Shown: piece after piece, positions 40,197-52,480 of the stretch
Numbering within the stretch: position 1 is the stretch's first letter
Layout: the number at the start of each line of letters is the position of its first letter
Assembly (NCBI RefSeq): GCF_964204645.1
Contig: NC_134030.1
Coordinates: 6,242,778-6,306,777 of the forward strand
DNA from: Tubulanus polymorphus
Lineage: Eukaryota; Animalia; Nemertea
Length of the DNA stretch: 64,000 nt
Reading direction: 5' to 3'
Program-made: the position numbers and the translations under genes
Notes under the pieces: generated by a model
What the model was told of the DNA's origin: nothing
Seen by the model: only the letters and a program-made list of their open reading frames with translations
Databases searched by the model: none

Positions 40197-43100
40197 CTAG
40201 TCAATACTAGGACATAAAGGTATCACACCGACTCCTACGCCTCCTTCATGAGCGCACATCGAAGCCACTGTTGTCCACATATTGGTATCGGGATTATACA
40301 TTTCAGTCGAATTGAGATTTGTGACGCCATCGTAGCCACCAACCGCGTATAACCGACCACAATTAGAAACTAGCGCCACCCGACTACGTTTCACTTTCAT
40401 CGGCGCGACGTAAGACCATAGGTTTGTCTTTGGATTGTAACATTCGACCGTTTTTAAGAACACGTGGCCGTCGTATCCACCGACCGCGTACAGTAGTCCG
40501 TTTAAAGCCGCTACTCCGAGACGACAACGTTTCGTAATCATCGGCGCCACTTCTTTCCACTCGCCCGTCAGATTATTGTAACATTCAACCTGAACAGAAG
40601 AAATTCACAGAAGTAACTTCATTAATCCCAATAAAATCGCCCAATTTTGTTAAATTTTCATTATATTATTCATTTGATGCAACTCTATTGCTGAAAATAG
40701 AGATCGTAAGTGAGACTTACCGAGTCAAATATCGACAGCCCATCGTGACCTCCAAGAGCATAAATCTGTCCATCAAATACTGTCACACCCGCCGCACTAC
40801 GATGTTTCATCATATTCGAGCACATTGTCCATCTAAAAATGCCAATATCATTGACTGTTAATCATCTTCTAAACATTCATTCAAACGTAGCTCTTCTGCC
40901 TTGATAAGATCAGTACTCACACTTTAGTTTCTGGGTTGTAAAATTCTACCGAATTCAGAGACGAAACTCCGTCATAACCTCCACAAACGTACAGACTGTT
41001 ATCTAATGGAGCCGCTCCGAGTGCGCTGAAGAAATAGTCATAAAACAATCAATACATCATGGATTCACTGAGAATATGTAACAATATTGCTTAATCGATT
41101 CTTAAAATTTGTTAAGATCTATATTTGACTCGCGAATAAAGAACTGAGTTCTAGAATAAGTTCCGTCAAAATTATTACTCTGAAAATAAGTAGAGACAAG
41201 GAGGGCATGATTTACCTGCGTTTACAGTTCATAGGGGTGATAGTGCTCCACATCTTCGAACAAGGTTCAAACACTTCGACCGTGTGTAGCCTTTCCTGAC
41301 CGTCGTAGCCTCCTATCGCGTACAATTTACCGTTCAATACAGCAACGCCTACTCGACTTCGTAAAGTTTTCATCGGTTCAGCGAGCTGCCACCTTCCAAC
41401 TATCGGATCAAATGCTTCTACCGTACACAACGAATCACCTACATGAAAATTGAAAAGTTTACTATTCAGGTCATCGTGACATAACATCATGTTATCATGT
41501 ATATAATATATACAAATTTAAAAACATAGATTTCTCAGTGGCCCTTTCAACTGATACAAAATTACAAATTTAGAAAAGTTATACTATTCAAAATAACATA
41601 TTATCAGTTGAGGTAGCCAAAATAAAGTTACTTCGTAAGGTTTTCATCGGTTCAGCGAGCTGCCACCTTCCAACTATTGGATCAAAGTTATACTATTCAA
41701 AATAATATATTATCAATTGAGGTAGCCAAAATAATTTTTGGTGGTATGGATCACCCTCTCACTAACATCAACAGGCATACACGAAACAAAGCCATGATTG
41801 AGGGTTCACTAACCTGATGATGTGAGACCACCAACTGCGTATATCATACCGACAATATCCGTGCAGCATCGCGGTCGACGCTTAAATGTTTGCAATAATG
41901 GACGTCGTTCGGGCATTAAATGATAATCTTTCGCTTCATCAACCAAATCTCTAAAATCAACCACAATGTAAAGCATCGATTCAAGTTAGTTTCGCGTTCA
42001 CCGAGGTAGAAACTGTCAATTACAATGTCGAAACGTACCGACATCTGAGAGATGTTTTTATCAAATCGACCATCGCGACTCTATCCGCAAGAAACTGCGG
42101 TGTAAGTAAAGGAAGTCGAACGAGTTTGAGTAATTCGGAAAGGTGGTCTTTACGTTCTTGGAGATCAGCTTTTATCCAGGCTAACATCGCTTCAAATACC
42201 TACAACAGACAAATTAACATCACTAATAACTATTTAAGCCCGGTCATTTCTTCTTGGATTATCAGACGAGGTTTTAGAATTGGGAGACTAGAGAAATGTT
42301 CAAAACTAATAATCAGAGTAACTCAAACTTCTAGAGTTCAAGGGACACTATAGCAACTGGAGAAATGCTTCAAACTAATATTCTAACCTGCTCTTCACTG
42401 GTAACATACAGTTCATCACGTGATAATATATCGTGTATTTCTGTATATGTGATCTGCAAAAATTCATCCGATTTTGAAACCTCCATGAAATGTTTTTGAA
42501 TGTACTTATTCGCAGCCTCCGTGACTGAAGGACACATGAACTGCTCTGCAAATGCCAAGATACCGAGTACATTGTTAGGCGTTAGCCTGAAATGAAAAAT
42601 TGTAATTCTTGATTTTTTTGTAGGATACAAGAAAGCCTGTAATCAATAGTCAGTCATTGAACTATGGTTTGATACCATTGCATATTCCTACAAACCAATC
42701 ATAATAAAGTAAACCTCACCTAAATTGGACAAACTGAAAAAATTGGTCTTAGTTAGCAAATGTCTGGGTTTAGGATAGTCAGTAATCTGTCTGTGGTTTT
42801 GTTTCTTTGGTATAAGCCCCTCCGATTCAACAAATAGCTTAACACCAACAATTGGGTAACTAACTAGGTTCACGATTGAATGGACTTTTTGGTTCATTGA
42901 TTATCTTAATATAATTAGAAATAGGCTTAAGATTTAAATAAAATCAACATTTGATGCACTTAGCTTCATTTTTACCTATTTTTCAGGAAATCACAGCAGG
43001 CTTCTTTAACCGACTGCAACTGCAGAAAACTAGCTCCCACAAGGATATTCTGAACGTTGTTGCTGTCTAGCTGAACTCGTCCGTTGTAAGCAAAATTCAC

Positions 43101-44010
43101 TAATGCTTCCAATGCACTGTAAGGAATCAAAATCAGCATTTATAATAAGGTCTAATCTATTCTCAAGGATATCGTCACAGGAACTTGATCTAGGGGATGA
43201 ATTTCATTATCTATTATGTTATCCAGCCATTGATGTTTTAACTGTGCAGACAAGGAATTTCAGACCTTTGTATAACTTATGTATCTATATAGGTAAAATT
43301 GCTAAAATATTTGTGTAAACACGGCATTACTTTGAATATTGTTTCTATTTCTGTCACCAATTAATTTTGTCGAATAAACTGTAAACCATCAACTTGTAAA
43401 CTTTCCGCTATTGATTTTGTCAAATAAACTATATTAACTAATCAATGTTGACATGTGCCAGTGGGTAGGCCTATGTATTTCACATTTTATTTAGTTCTTC
43501 CTCATCTTCACATTATCACATCTTCTCGGAACACCAACAATTATTAGGTTTCAGACTAAAACTGACCTGTGTTCGATTCCTTGCATCGTGATGTCATTTT
43601 GACGCGATTCGACCATATCATGAGTAAACATCGCATGGAAATACGGAATACTCGACGCCAATACAATACGATGAGCTGTAAACATATGATTATCTACCTA
43701 CAAAACGAATTGGCAAAAAGACGTAGAGAACCAGTATAGGCCGGTTACCGATCATCAATACTGCAGCAAAATTAGATTCAAATTAATGGACATTCTTGTT
43801 GGCGAATGGTTATGATTTGATTCCAATTAGCTTACACTTGTTCAACAGGACAACATGTTCAAGTAGAAGAGATCTAACAAATTTTAAATCATTGACACTA
43901 ACCCTCAACGTAACATCACATAGTTTCCCTTCTCTCCGGATACTTTCCATCATCGGAAAAGCGAGACGAGGAAGATCATCCATCGTAAATACTACAACAT
44001 CATCAGCCAT
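40197..44010 (-). CDS. KLHL18: Kelch-like protein 18 (BTB-BACK-6xKelch CUL3 adaptor), 10 exons
   Basis: Exons approx. 44010-43903, 43697-43567, 43117-42977, 42586-42388, 42198-42039, 41950-41814, 41438-41216, 41025-40922, 40832-40721, 40589-40197. [60 protein letters not shown] and [13 protein letters not shown] are diagnostic of KLHL18. Confidence 0.93.
43170..43390 (+). mobile_element. Degraded LINE 3' fragment (antisense in KLHL18 intron)
   Basis: [13 protein letters not shown] resembles the C-terminal [10 protein letters not shown] zinc motif of invertebrate non-LTR ORF2; followed by AATAAA and short repeats. Confidence 0.55.
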
Positions 44011-44709
44011 CGTCGTCCCTCTTAAAAATGCAGTTTGGAAATTGTGCAGAGAATCAGAGAATCAACGAAACGGCCAAAGTACCGAAACCGAGATAGAAAT
44101 ACATCGTATGCTAAATAATTGAATGATGTCTGTCTGCAGAGTTTCCAGAACCTGACATGACAGGTCTTACCTGTCATGTCAGGTTCCGAAAAAACCCAAA
44201 TTCACAACAATATTTGACGAAACGGCGAAATATCTAGGCATGTGCTAGACGAATGGAAGAACATTTTGAGTTGAATGAATATTCTGATCCGTCGTAAATA
44301 TCGAAAATGATTCAACAATAACGATAAGGAAAATGTTCTGACTAATAATTCATTTGAAAGGTTGATTTATAAGAAGAAAATATTTATGTGTAAAATGACT
44401 TATTTCTGTATTAAAGGGAAAATAAGTTTCAGGCATAGATGAATTTATTAATGTAGAAGTAAGAGAATATTTTCGATAGCTGAATCGGGGTCTTCGTTTC
44501 CGCAATAAGACACTAAAAAATATCTGCTCACTATCACAGTTCGCCGGCATCACCTGATCACTCCTCACTGTCCTGAAACTCACTATTTATATTCATTGTT
44601 TTTATGGTGTACATGTAAAAGAGCCGAATGCAATATAGAGACTGATTTTAAATCAACTCATCAATTTAAAGCAAAATTTAAAGCAAGAAGTTTTTCTATT
44701 TATATCAGT

Positions 44710-45011
44710 TTTAATGCACACCTGTCACCAATTCTGCAAAATGGCGCCGGCTGCCGTGTGAGGTCTCGCTTCAAAATTATTGTTTTATAGTAACTTAAGA
44801 TTTAATCTATCTATGGTAAGCAATTAATATCATGCTCATAAGGAGACCAAAAAAATTAAAATTTTCCTTCACTTCATCAGTTTAATAATGCAGACCTGTC
44901 ACCACAACTAAGGTCTCGAGAAGCTCCGCAAAATGGCGCAAGCTGCCGTGTGAGGTCTCGCTTCAAAATTATTGTTTTAAAGTACTTAAGATTAACTATA
45001 TCCATGGTAAG
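44710..45011 (+). repeat. Duplicated ~120-bp unit with YY1-like motif ending at a splice donor
   Basis: CACCTGTCACCA...GCAAAATGGCG..GCTGCCGTGTGAGGTCTCGCTTCAAAATTATTGTTTTA...ATG|GTAAG at ~44710-44820 and ~44885-45010. Confidence 0.8.
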
Positions 45012-45454
45012 ATTTATTTTTATGGCCTTATTAAAGTTCCACGATATTGTTCAGCTGGCTACTGCTCCTGTTCCTGCTTCCTGAGGAACGACGATGTTTT
45101 ATGTGTTACTGTTCGTCTCCGTGCTGTCCTGTACTGTTCCATGTTTATTAATCCGTTCTATTTTTCAGCAATTAATCCGTTTTATTTTTCAGGGCCGATT
45201 TCTCTGTCGAATTTCAACGTTTGCTGGAACAAAACTAATGTCCGAAAGCATCAGCTCTCCTTCGCCGGTCATGTGTCGAGGATGTCAGACAAAGAGTCGG
45301 TCAGGAAATTCTGCCCTCTACACGCCCTCATACGGAACACGAAAACCAGGATGACGAGGCCTCACTGCCCCCACCTATCTACAAAGTGTGCTGAGTGATG
45401 TCAATGACGGGCATATCTGTGGGATTGCGCGGGATACAAATGGAGTGGTTATAC

Positions 45455-45740
45455 TGGATTGTCACGCCACTAGCATTCATTGGTCCTTGTGACCGCCCGG
45501 ATGAGGGTTGATTCTACTGTCACGCCCTTTGTTTCTGGTATTCTGAGTCGGCTGAGGGATGATTCTACTGTCACGCCCTTTGATTTCTAGTTTGAGTGCT
45601 AGTTTTCATTGTGTCCTTGTGACAACCTCGGGCAGAGATGAAGTCTCTTGTCGGCTTGTGAGTGCTAGTTTCATTGAGTCCTTGTGACTACCTCGGTCAG
45701 TGGATGAAGTCTCTTGTCACGCCTTTGAGTGCTAGTTGAG
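45455..45740 (+). repeat. Degenerate minisatellite (~55-70-bp units)
   Basis: Recurring GATTCTACTGTCACGCCCTTTG and TGAGTGCTAGTTT(T)CATTG.GTCCTTGTGAC.ACCTCGG..AG..GATGAAGTCTCTTGTC blocks. Confidence 0.8.
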
Positions 45741-47334
45741 ATCCTGAATCTCGCCCGGTCAAGCTGGTTGTACGGCGCTATTTGTGTTTCGAGCAATTTT
45801 ACAGGTGTGTCAGTTACTGATGTCGCCCAGTACATCCTGCAGTTAGATGGGGAATGTGAGGCGTTGTCATTCTGGTTTTCGTGTTCTGTGTGAGGGCGTG
45901 TAGAGGGCAGTATATTCCTGGCTGGCTCATTGTCTGGTGTTCTCGGCATGTGACCGGCGACGGAGAGCTGAAAAGCTTTCGAACATTAGTTTTGTTCCGT
46001 ACCAGGTTTTCATCGCTCTTCTCTTTTTTTCATTTCAGGACTCCCAAGAAGTTGAAGAAGAAGATGCTAGAAGGCGACTACAGAAGATGCTGAAAAAATA
46101 CTGAACTCGGCAATCTTGAAAGTTAAGTTGTTACCCATGTAAATAAGGATTAATGATGAAGAAATGTGTGACTACAAAATGTTTTTCTTTTTCTTAATTT
46201 CAGCTTCGACGAAACCCAAGAAGACAAAGAAGTACTTCGATTCCGTAAAAAATGATGTAAAATCGACCGACGATCACACAACTATATCTGTACTTCGATT
46301 TCGAAAAAAAAAATTAGACAAAATTATCTTCAACCTTGTAAACTTTCAGACTACATGAAAAAAAAGACCAAATATTGTAAAATTATCGAAAAAAATTATG
46401 TAAAATTGACCGACGATCACACAACTATATCTGTACTTCAATTCCCGCCTGTTTCGCTCCTGGCAGGTGTGTCACGATTGTAAGGGACACCAACTCAAAA
46501 AGTCGAACGAGAGCTCATCAACTAAGAGCTGCTGATTAGAGAACAGTGCACAGAAGGGGCCAATTTGGATGCAACTCAACCAACCAACTTAGGAGATCCT
46601 CCGATAATGAACCCAGCCATCATAAAAGGTAATTTGATATTTGATACGAACTTAGAACATTTTAACCCATACTGAACCCAGCAAACTTGAAGTAAGTTGA
46701 TTTTTGGTGAACTGTAGGTTTGCATATGCAAATGATCTGGAGAAGCAGTTTTCATTGAAAATGAATAGAGTACCGGTGTGTCAACAAGGCACAAACATTG
46801 GCTGTTGAACCAATAGTGTTGATTTCTGTGTCATGGTTTGGCTTAATGAGTTCTCGAGCCCACAATAGTTTCATAGTGATCAAGTTATAGTAGGGGACTT
46901 ATTCTTGAAAAACACATAAAAACCTGCTTTTTAGCACTAAGTAATGGCACGTTATCATATATGAGAATTTGCATACTTGGAATTGAAATATATAAAAGTT
47001 CAATCCTCCCTGAAAGTGTTTCCGTTTTTTTTGCAACTCATCGCGATGTACTTATTGACCTACAGGTCCTCACTTTATAAACCCCCCAAAATTTTCTTGC
47101 TTCTATTAATCAGAGTTGACCTCATTACCTGAGCTACATTGAATGTGATTGGCTGTTAGTTGGATATACGGGAAATTCCGGGAACTTCTGATGTAATTGG
47201 GAAAGCCCATTGGGAAAACCCAATGTGGAACCCAAAACAAAATGGCGAGCATTTCATTCGACTAGGTATCGTATGTTCGCTTATAATTTGTTCGGTGTTA
47301 CGAATATAACCGAGTAGGGCTATTCGAGGTATAT

Positions 47335-48265
47335 TATTTATGGAAATTATTATGATAAATTCTAAATGAAATATTTTGTCATTACAGGATATCTTCTTTT
47401 AATCATTGCAGCTAAATTTCAACTATGAGAAAAACCCAGTTTGAGATAAACTACTCATCCAAAATCGACCAACTGGAACAGCACACAGATGAAGCCAATT
47501 AGAATCCAACTTATCAACAAACAACCTTAAGATGATCCACGCCAATTACGAACCAAGCAATCATTAAAGGTAACTTGATATACATGAAATTGTTTCGATA
47601 AATTCTAAATGAAATATTTTGTCATTACGGGATATCTTCTTTTAATCATTGCAGCTAAATTTCAACTATGGGAAAAAACCCAGCTTGAGATCAACTACTT
47701 GTCCAAAATCGACCAACTGGAACAGTGCTCAGATGAGGCCAACTAACTAACAAACTAATAAGATAATCGCCGATAACGACCCAAGCATAAAAGGTAACTT
47801 GATATACGTGGAATTATTTCGATAAATTCTAAATGAAATATTTTTTCACTACAGGATATCTTTGTTTGTTCATTTCAGCTAAATCCTATCTATATGATAC
47901 TGCCCAGCTTTAAATCAACGACTCATCAAATATCTACAGATAAGCTCAGCCCACTGAACAATCCAAGCTTGAATCAAATGCATCAACCAATTGCATCAAC
48001 CAATTGTTTTAACCGATACTGAACCCAGCAAACTTGAAATGTAAGTTGATTTTTTTATGGAAATTATTATGATAAATTCTAAATGAAATATTTTGTCATT
48101 ACAGGATATCTTCTTTTAATCATTGCAGCTGAATTTCAACTATAAGAAAATGCCCAGCTTGAGATCAACGACTCGTCCAAAATCTACAAACTGGAACGGA
48201 GCACAGATAAGGCAAGAACTGAACCCAGCAATCGTTTAAGGTAAGTTGATATACATGAAATTACC
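47335..48265 (+). repeat. Tandem array of four ~225-250-bp intron/exon cassettes
   Basis: GATAAATTCTAAATGAAATATTTT recurs at ~47354, 47597, 47821 and 48071. Each is followed by a pyrimidine tract and CAG|CT, a ~125-165-nt segment, and a GTAA(C/G)TTGAT donor. Confidence 0.9.
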
Positions 48266-48704
48266 TGTATATAGAAATTTCAGTCCTCATATGAATATCA
48301 TTTCATAAGTGGCTATCATCAAAATCTAGTCCACATGGCTGAACTTTTATCTTCACTAGTCTTTAACAGTGATGAACTAGTCCTACTACTGCAATTGATT
48401 ATTGGGGTTTAAATCAGCAATTGACATCAATGAATTTTACTCTGTGAAAAACAGGGTGGCTTGTAGTTTGAAATGACACGTAAATTATGATAAATCTGTC
48501 TGAAATGTTTTGCTTTCTTCACTTTGTTTCAGCCAAACTACATCTCAGAAAAATTGGCCTGAAGAAGACACAAGTAGATGAATACTGATCGACCCATTTG
48601 CTGATGAAAACTGCAGAAGCCCAAATGAGTAGTTGAGGAGCCAGCAACGGATTAATCACTCAACGATGGATTCTTCTACAATCGGTGATTTCTATAAAAT
48701 ATTT

Positions 48705-48862
48705 TATCAGGAGCAGCAGAGACTATAGTGAATCTTATAAACACTGATTCAAGCAACAAAGCTAATGGATTATCTCATAAACACTGATTCAGGATAAACA
48801 CTGTTTTAAAAGCAGCAAAGACAATAGTGTATCTTATAAACACTGAGATCCAGGAGCGGCGA
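48705..48862 (+). repeat. Short tandem repeats (TCTTATAAACACTGA core)
   Basis: ATAAACACTG occurs four times, twice preceded by AGCAGCA.AGAC.ATAGTG.ATCTT. Confidence 0.75.
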
Positions 48863-51503
48863 ATACAATAGCGGGTTTCTGTAGTAAAGTATTGAGTTTT
48901 TTGCTTATCACCTTTTTCAAACCAGTCTGATGGATAATATAGTGTTTTCGAGGAAACTATTTGATAATGTTTATGCAATGTGAGAGTCTAATAAAAGCTA
49001 AGCTCCATTAATGCACGATTTTGGTCTTCAATCCTTGGTCGATAGATAAGTCAAGTTAAGTTAGTCACTAGGGGTAAATGGTCGTGTTGAGTGCCTAGTT
49101 TTGACTCGTAGGTCTGTTGAGTTAACTCCTAAACTGAGATATAGTTTCAACATAAAGTTATAGCTAGGACTAATTTTGAACGTTTTAACATCGTTTATAG
49201 CTGTTTGAACTTCTTTTATTTTAATGGGTAAATCCATATCACGAGATGGCTCTCGTGAATGATCACTTATCTTCAAATCGGGTGTATAATGATTATTAAG
49301 GAGTGGCAGTGAATCAGTAGCGCTTTCTTAAAATGGGCCCAGAACTTTACAGTGAAAAAAATTCCTTGCAGTTGTAAATAGAGCAGTATAAATAATACAT
49401 AACTACAAACTACAAGTACATAAATTAATTCTAAAAAATAAATAAACCAATAAATAATCAATAGAATAAACAACAATACAAACAAACAACAAATTAATAT
49501 TCTATTTACATGAAAAGGCATTTTTTCAAATGTTTATCAACAAGGTTCTTAATTTATCGAACAACCTTCCCTAAGGATAGCGAAAACCCGAAATCTTTTC
49601 TGTTGTTATTCAAAGCATTCTATCAACTCAGTTATTGTAATGAACAAAACAAATGACCATAAACCTTAACTAAATCGAAAACATTTAAAAAAATAACTGA
49701 TATGATAGAATGCTTTGAATAACTGTGATGAAAGATCGACCCATCCTTTCAACTAGCCGCGCTCAATCTCTGCTGTGACTGTTTATCGTTATACAGGGTA
49801 GACTTAATATCTCAAATCTGGTACATACATTTTTTACTTTTTAGAAAGAATTTAAAAAAGCTATAAACTTAAGTTATTGATGTTATTGATAAGTTACTGA
49901 TTGTATAATTATGTTGAGGCTGCCAGGAAAAACGTCAGAATACTTAGTATGTAATGTCAAGGTGTTTGGAAATCTTTAAGACAAGGCAAAATTGGCAAAA
50001 TTCTTGTTTTCTAGTGAAAGTAATGATTAATTGACACAAAGAGTTCCAGAGTGAATCTGAGTTTCTCATCTCTAGTTTTAATGCTTTTATGTTGGAGACT
50101 GTTATTGTAACACAGTTCCCGTGTTTGTAAATTAGGAACTTGCATGACGATTCCTTGGTTAAGATATTATTGTTGTGTGAATAAAACGATGTACATTTTC
50201 ATCATTCATGTTAAAACTTTTCAGTTGTAAAGTTTTATAGCAAAAATTCCACTTTGGTGTTTTTCAGTGGTTCATAAAATACTATTTTTTATTAAGATCC
50301 TTATGGAAAATGGAGGAGCAGTCTCCTGACAAATGACGATATATGAAGTGTTAATTAACAGATTGTGCTAGCTGTATTCAAATTGACAGGTGAACAATTT
50401 CATCTTGTTAAATGCATACCTCCAAAATACTTTGCATTAAATGTAACATGTGAGAAAATGACCAATTTGATCATGTCTGTGCAAAGGTGGCAAAACTCTA
50501 ATTATCTAGTAAAACAAAGTTGATTAAAATTAAATCAAAGACTGTTTAGTTAATCATAAGCTTTCCAGTTTGAATTTGTGGTTTTATCTCTGGTTTCAAT
50601 GTTTTATGTTTTATATTGGAGACTTTTTTTTGAAATACAGGTCACGTTTTTGTAAATGACTGAGGCACTTCCTCAAGGACATAAATACCTGTCATTTAGG
50701 TATAATCATTGTTGTGGGGATAAAATGACATGTTCATGTCAATCGTTCGTAAAACACTGATTTATTAAGGCCCTAATCGAATATAGTTGAGCTTTTCTTG
50801 ATAATTGAGATGTCATTTGAAAAGTTGACATGATAGGTTTATATTTCATGAAATATAACAAAGTGTCGGTTATATTGACCTCATGAATTGTCAAATTCAT
50901 AATCTTAGACTTTCAGACTAGTCCTTTTTCGGTGTTTTATGGATCAAAGTTTACAACTCTTTGTGTATTTTTGTTATTTTCCCATTGATGCGAATTGTAT
51001 GAATCAGCTGTAGTGGAAATGTATCATATATAAAGACTTATAAACACCTTACATGTAACTTTTGTGATTTTAAAGTTAGTACAATTTCATACATAGTAAT
51101 AGAAATAAAATTGCTATTAAAATCTGAGAAAATTAGCTAAAAGTTAATAATTTGATATGTGAAAATAAAATGATGTAAAGAATGTAAATCAGATTGATTA
51201 ATCCTACGCTTTCCAGAGTATTTGGCCAGGTTTATCTCTGGTTTTAGTGCGGGGGCCATGGACAATTGAGTCCATGGTTGGGCCATAGACTTTTTTGTTT
51301 TAGAGTCTATGTTTGGTCCAAGGGGCGTATAAACACTCATTAATAGTTTATAAGCCTATGGTGGGTTGGACAATTTGTTTTTTGAACATCTACGTGTTTG
51401 AGGAGCTTACGTTATAATTCCTCGAGCAATCCTGGCATTTTGTATAATTGTTGTATGAGAATAAATATGATTTTGAAATTTGTCATTCGTTGAGTTAAGC
51501 AAC

Positions 51504-51777
51504 AAGTGTTACTGAAACGAAGCACTACTAAATAAAAAGACTATATGCACCAGAGAAAACCGACCAATTTACGTTTCAGATGCATTTGTTTATATCTGGT
51601 ATTGCATACACTCATTGGCAGAGGTGGTTGAACACACAGATAGCGCCCCTAGTGATGATTTCTAATGAGTGCAATAGCTCATCGGACTTCGTTTTAGTCA
51701 TGCATAGTTCTTACACCTCATAGGTGCATAGGTGCATAGGTCTTAGTTTTAGTAGTGCATAGTTTTGATAACACCCC
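51504..51777. mobile_element. MITE with GTGTTA..AAAC TIRs and subterminal (TAGGTGCA)n repeats
   Basis: Left GTGTTACTGAAACGAAGCACTACTAAA versus the reverse complement of the right end GTGTTATCAAAACTATGCACTACTAAA. Confidence 0.65.
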
Positions 51778-52204
51778 AATTTCACTGCCCTTCTATTAAA
51801 TTCACTGCTTTTCACGGCCGGTCCGTGAATCATTTAAACCCTGGCAGTTCGACTTGATTCGAATTGTGGGACTTCTTCGCAGTGTACACGGATTAGAGTG
51901 TTACATTCGACTACGAAATAGATTTTATTTCTTATAATAAAAAATAGATTAAATCTTTTTCATGTCCCATCCCTCTATAGATCCTGCCTCTTCTAGCTAT
52001 TCAAATAAAAAAATTATTTCACTCAAGTGAGAATTTGGCATTTGGCCCATTCAAAATGTTGCACCGATGGTTTGAAAGGGAAGATAGTATTCAACATAAA
52101 ATCTTGAAATGTTGCGAAATAACTAATTACGTCGAACAAGCGTATAAGTCTCAAATTAATACGACTATATGATATTAATGGATATAAAAACGATGCAGGC
52201 TATT

Positions 52205-52480
52205 AGGGAGCGAGGAAATACTGGACATCCCTGTAAGTCTACATTCCAGTACCTATTTAGCCCCTACAATCCTGGATCAGTTCCCAAGTCCAAGGTCTAG
52301 TCCCATAATTCTGGACCCAGGTCTACTGTTCCGGACCCAGTTCCACTGTTTCTTGACCGACTTCCACCGTGGACCCAATCCCACAGATTCACAGTCCTTC
52401 TGTTCCGGATCCAGGTCCACTGTTTCTTAACCCATATTCACAGTTGGCAGCAGCCCTGCGCCCCTCTGCATCCGCCCCTG
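52205..52480. mobile_element. CAGGGGCGGAT-family MITE remnant with internal GGACCCAG repeats
   Basis: Ends in CTGCATCCGCCCCTG (52466-52480); interior has several (C)CGGACCCAG.TCCACTGTTTCTT units. The left end is degenerate. Confidence 0.5.

Larger units (their letters stand above)
47240..49010 (+). ncRNA. Putative spliced long non-coding gene built from the cassette array
   Basis: AAAATGGCG start motif (~47239), donor TAG|GTATCG (~47265), four acceptor/donor-bounded cassettes, final acceptor TTTGTTTCAG (~48532) and AATAAA (~48990). No continuous ORF. Transcription is inferred only. Confidence 0.4.

Noticed and set aside
47335-48265. CRISPR-like or snoRNA array
   Set aside because: Eukaryotic context; the spacers are homologous to each other; no convincing C/D (RTGATGA/CTGA) or H/ACA layout seen in the short introns.
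51638-51656. CTCF-like motif TAGCGCCCCTAGTG
   Set aside because: One base short of the usual core and inside a MITE; binding cannot be supported from sequence.
44138-51843. One giant transposon bounded by CAGAGTTT...AAACCCTG
   Set aside because: The terminal match is only 7 of 8 bp, with no TSD and no transposase remnant recognised.
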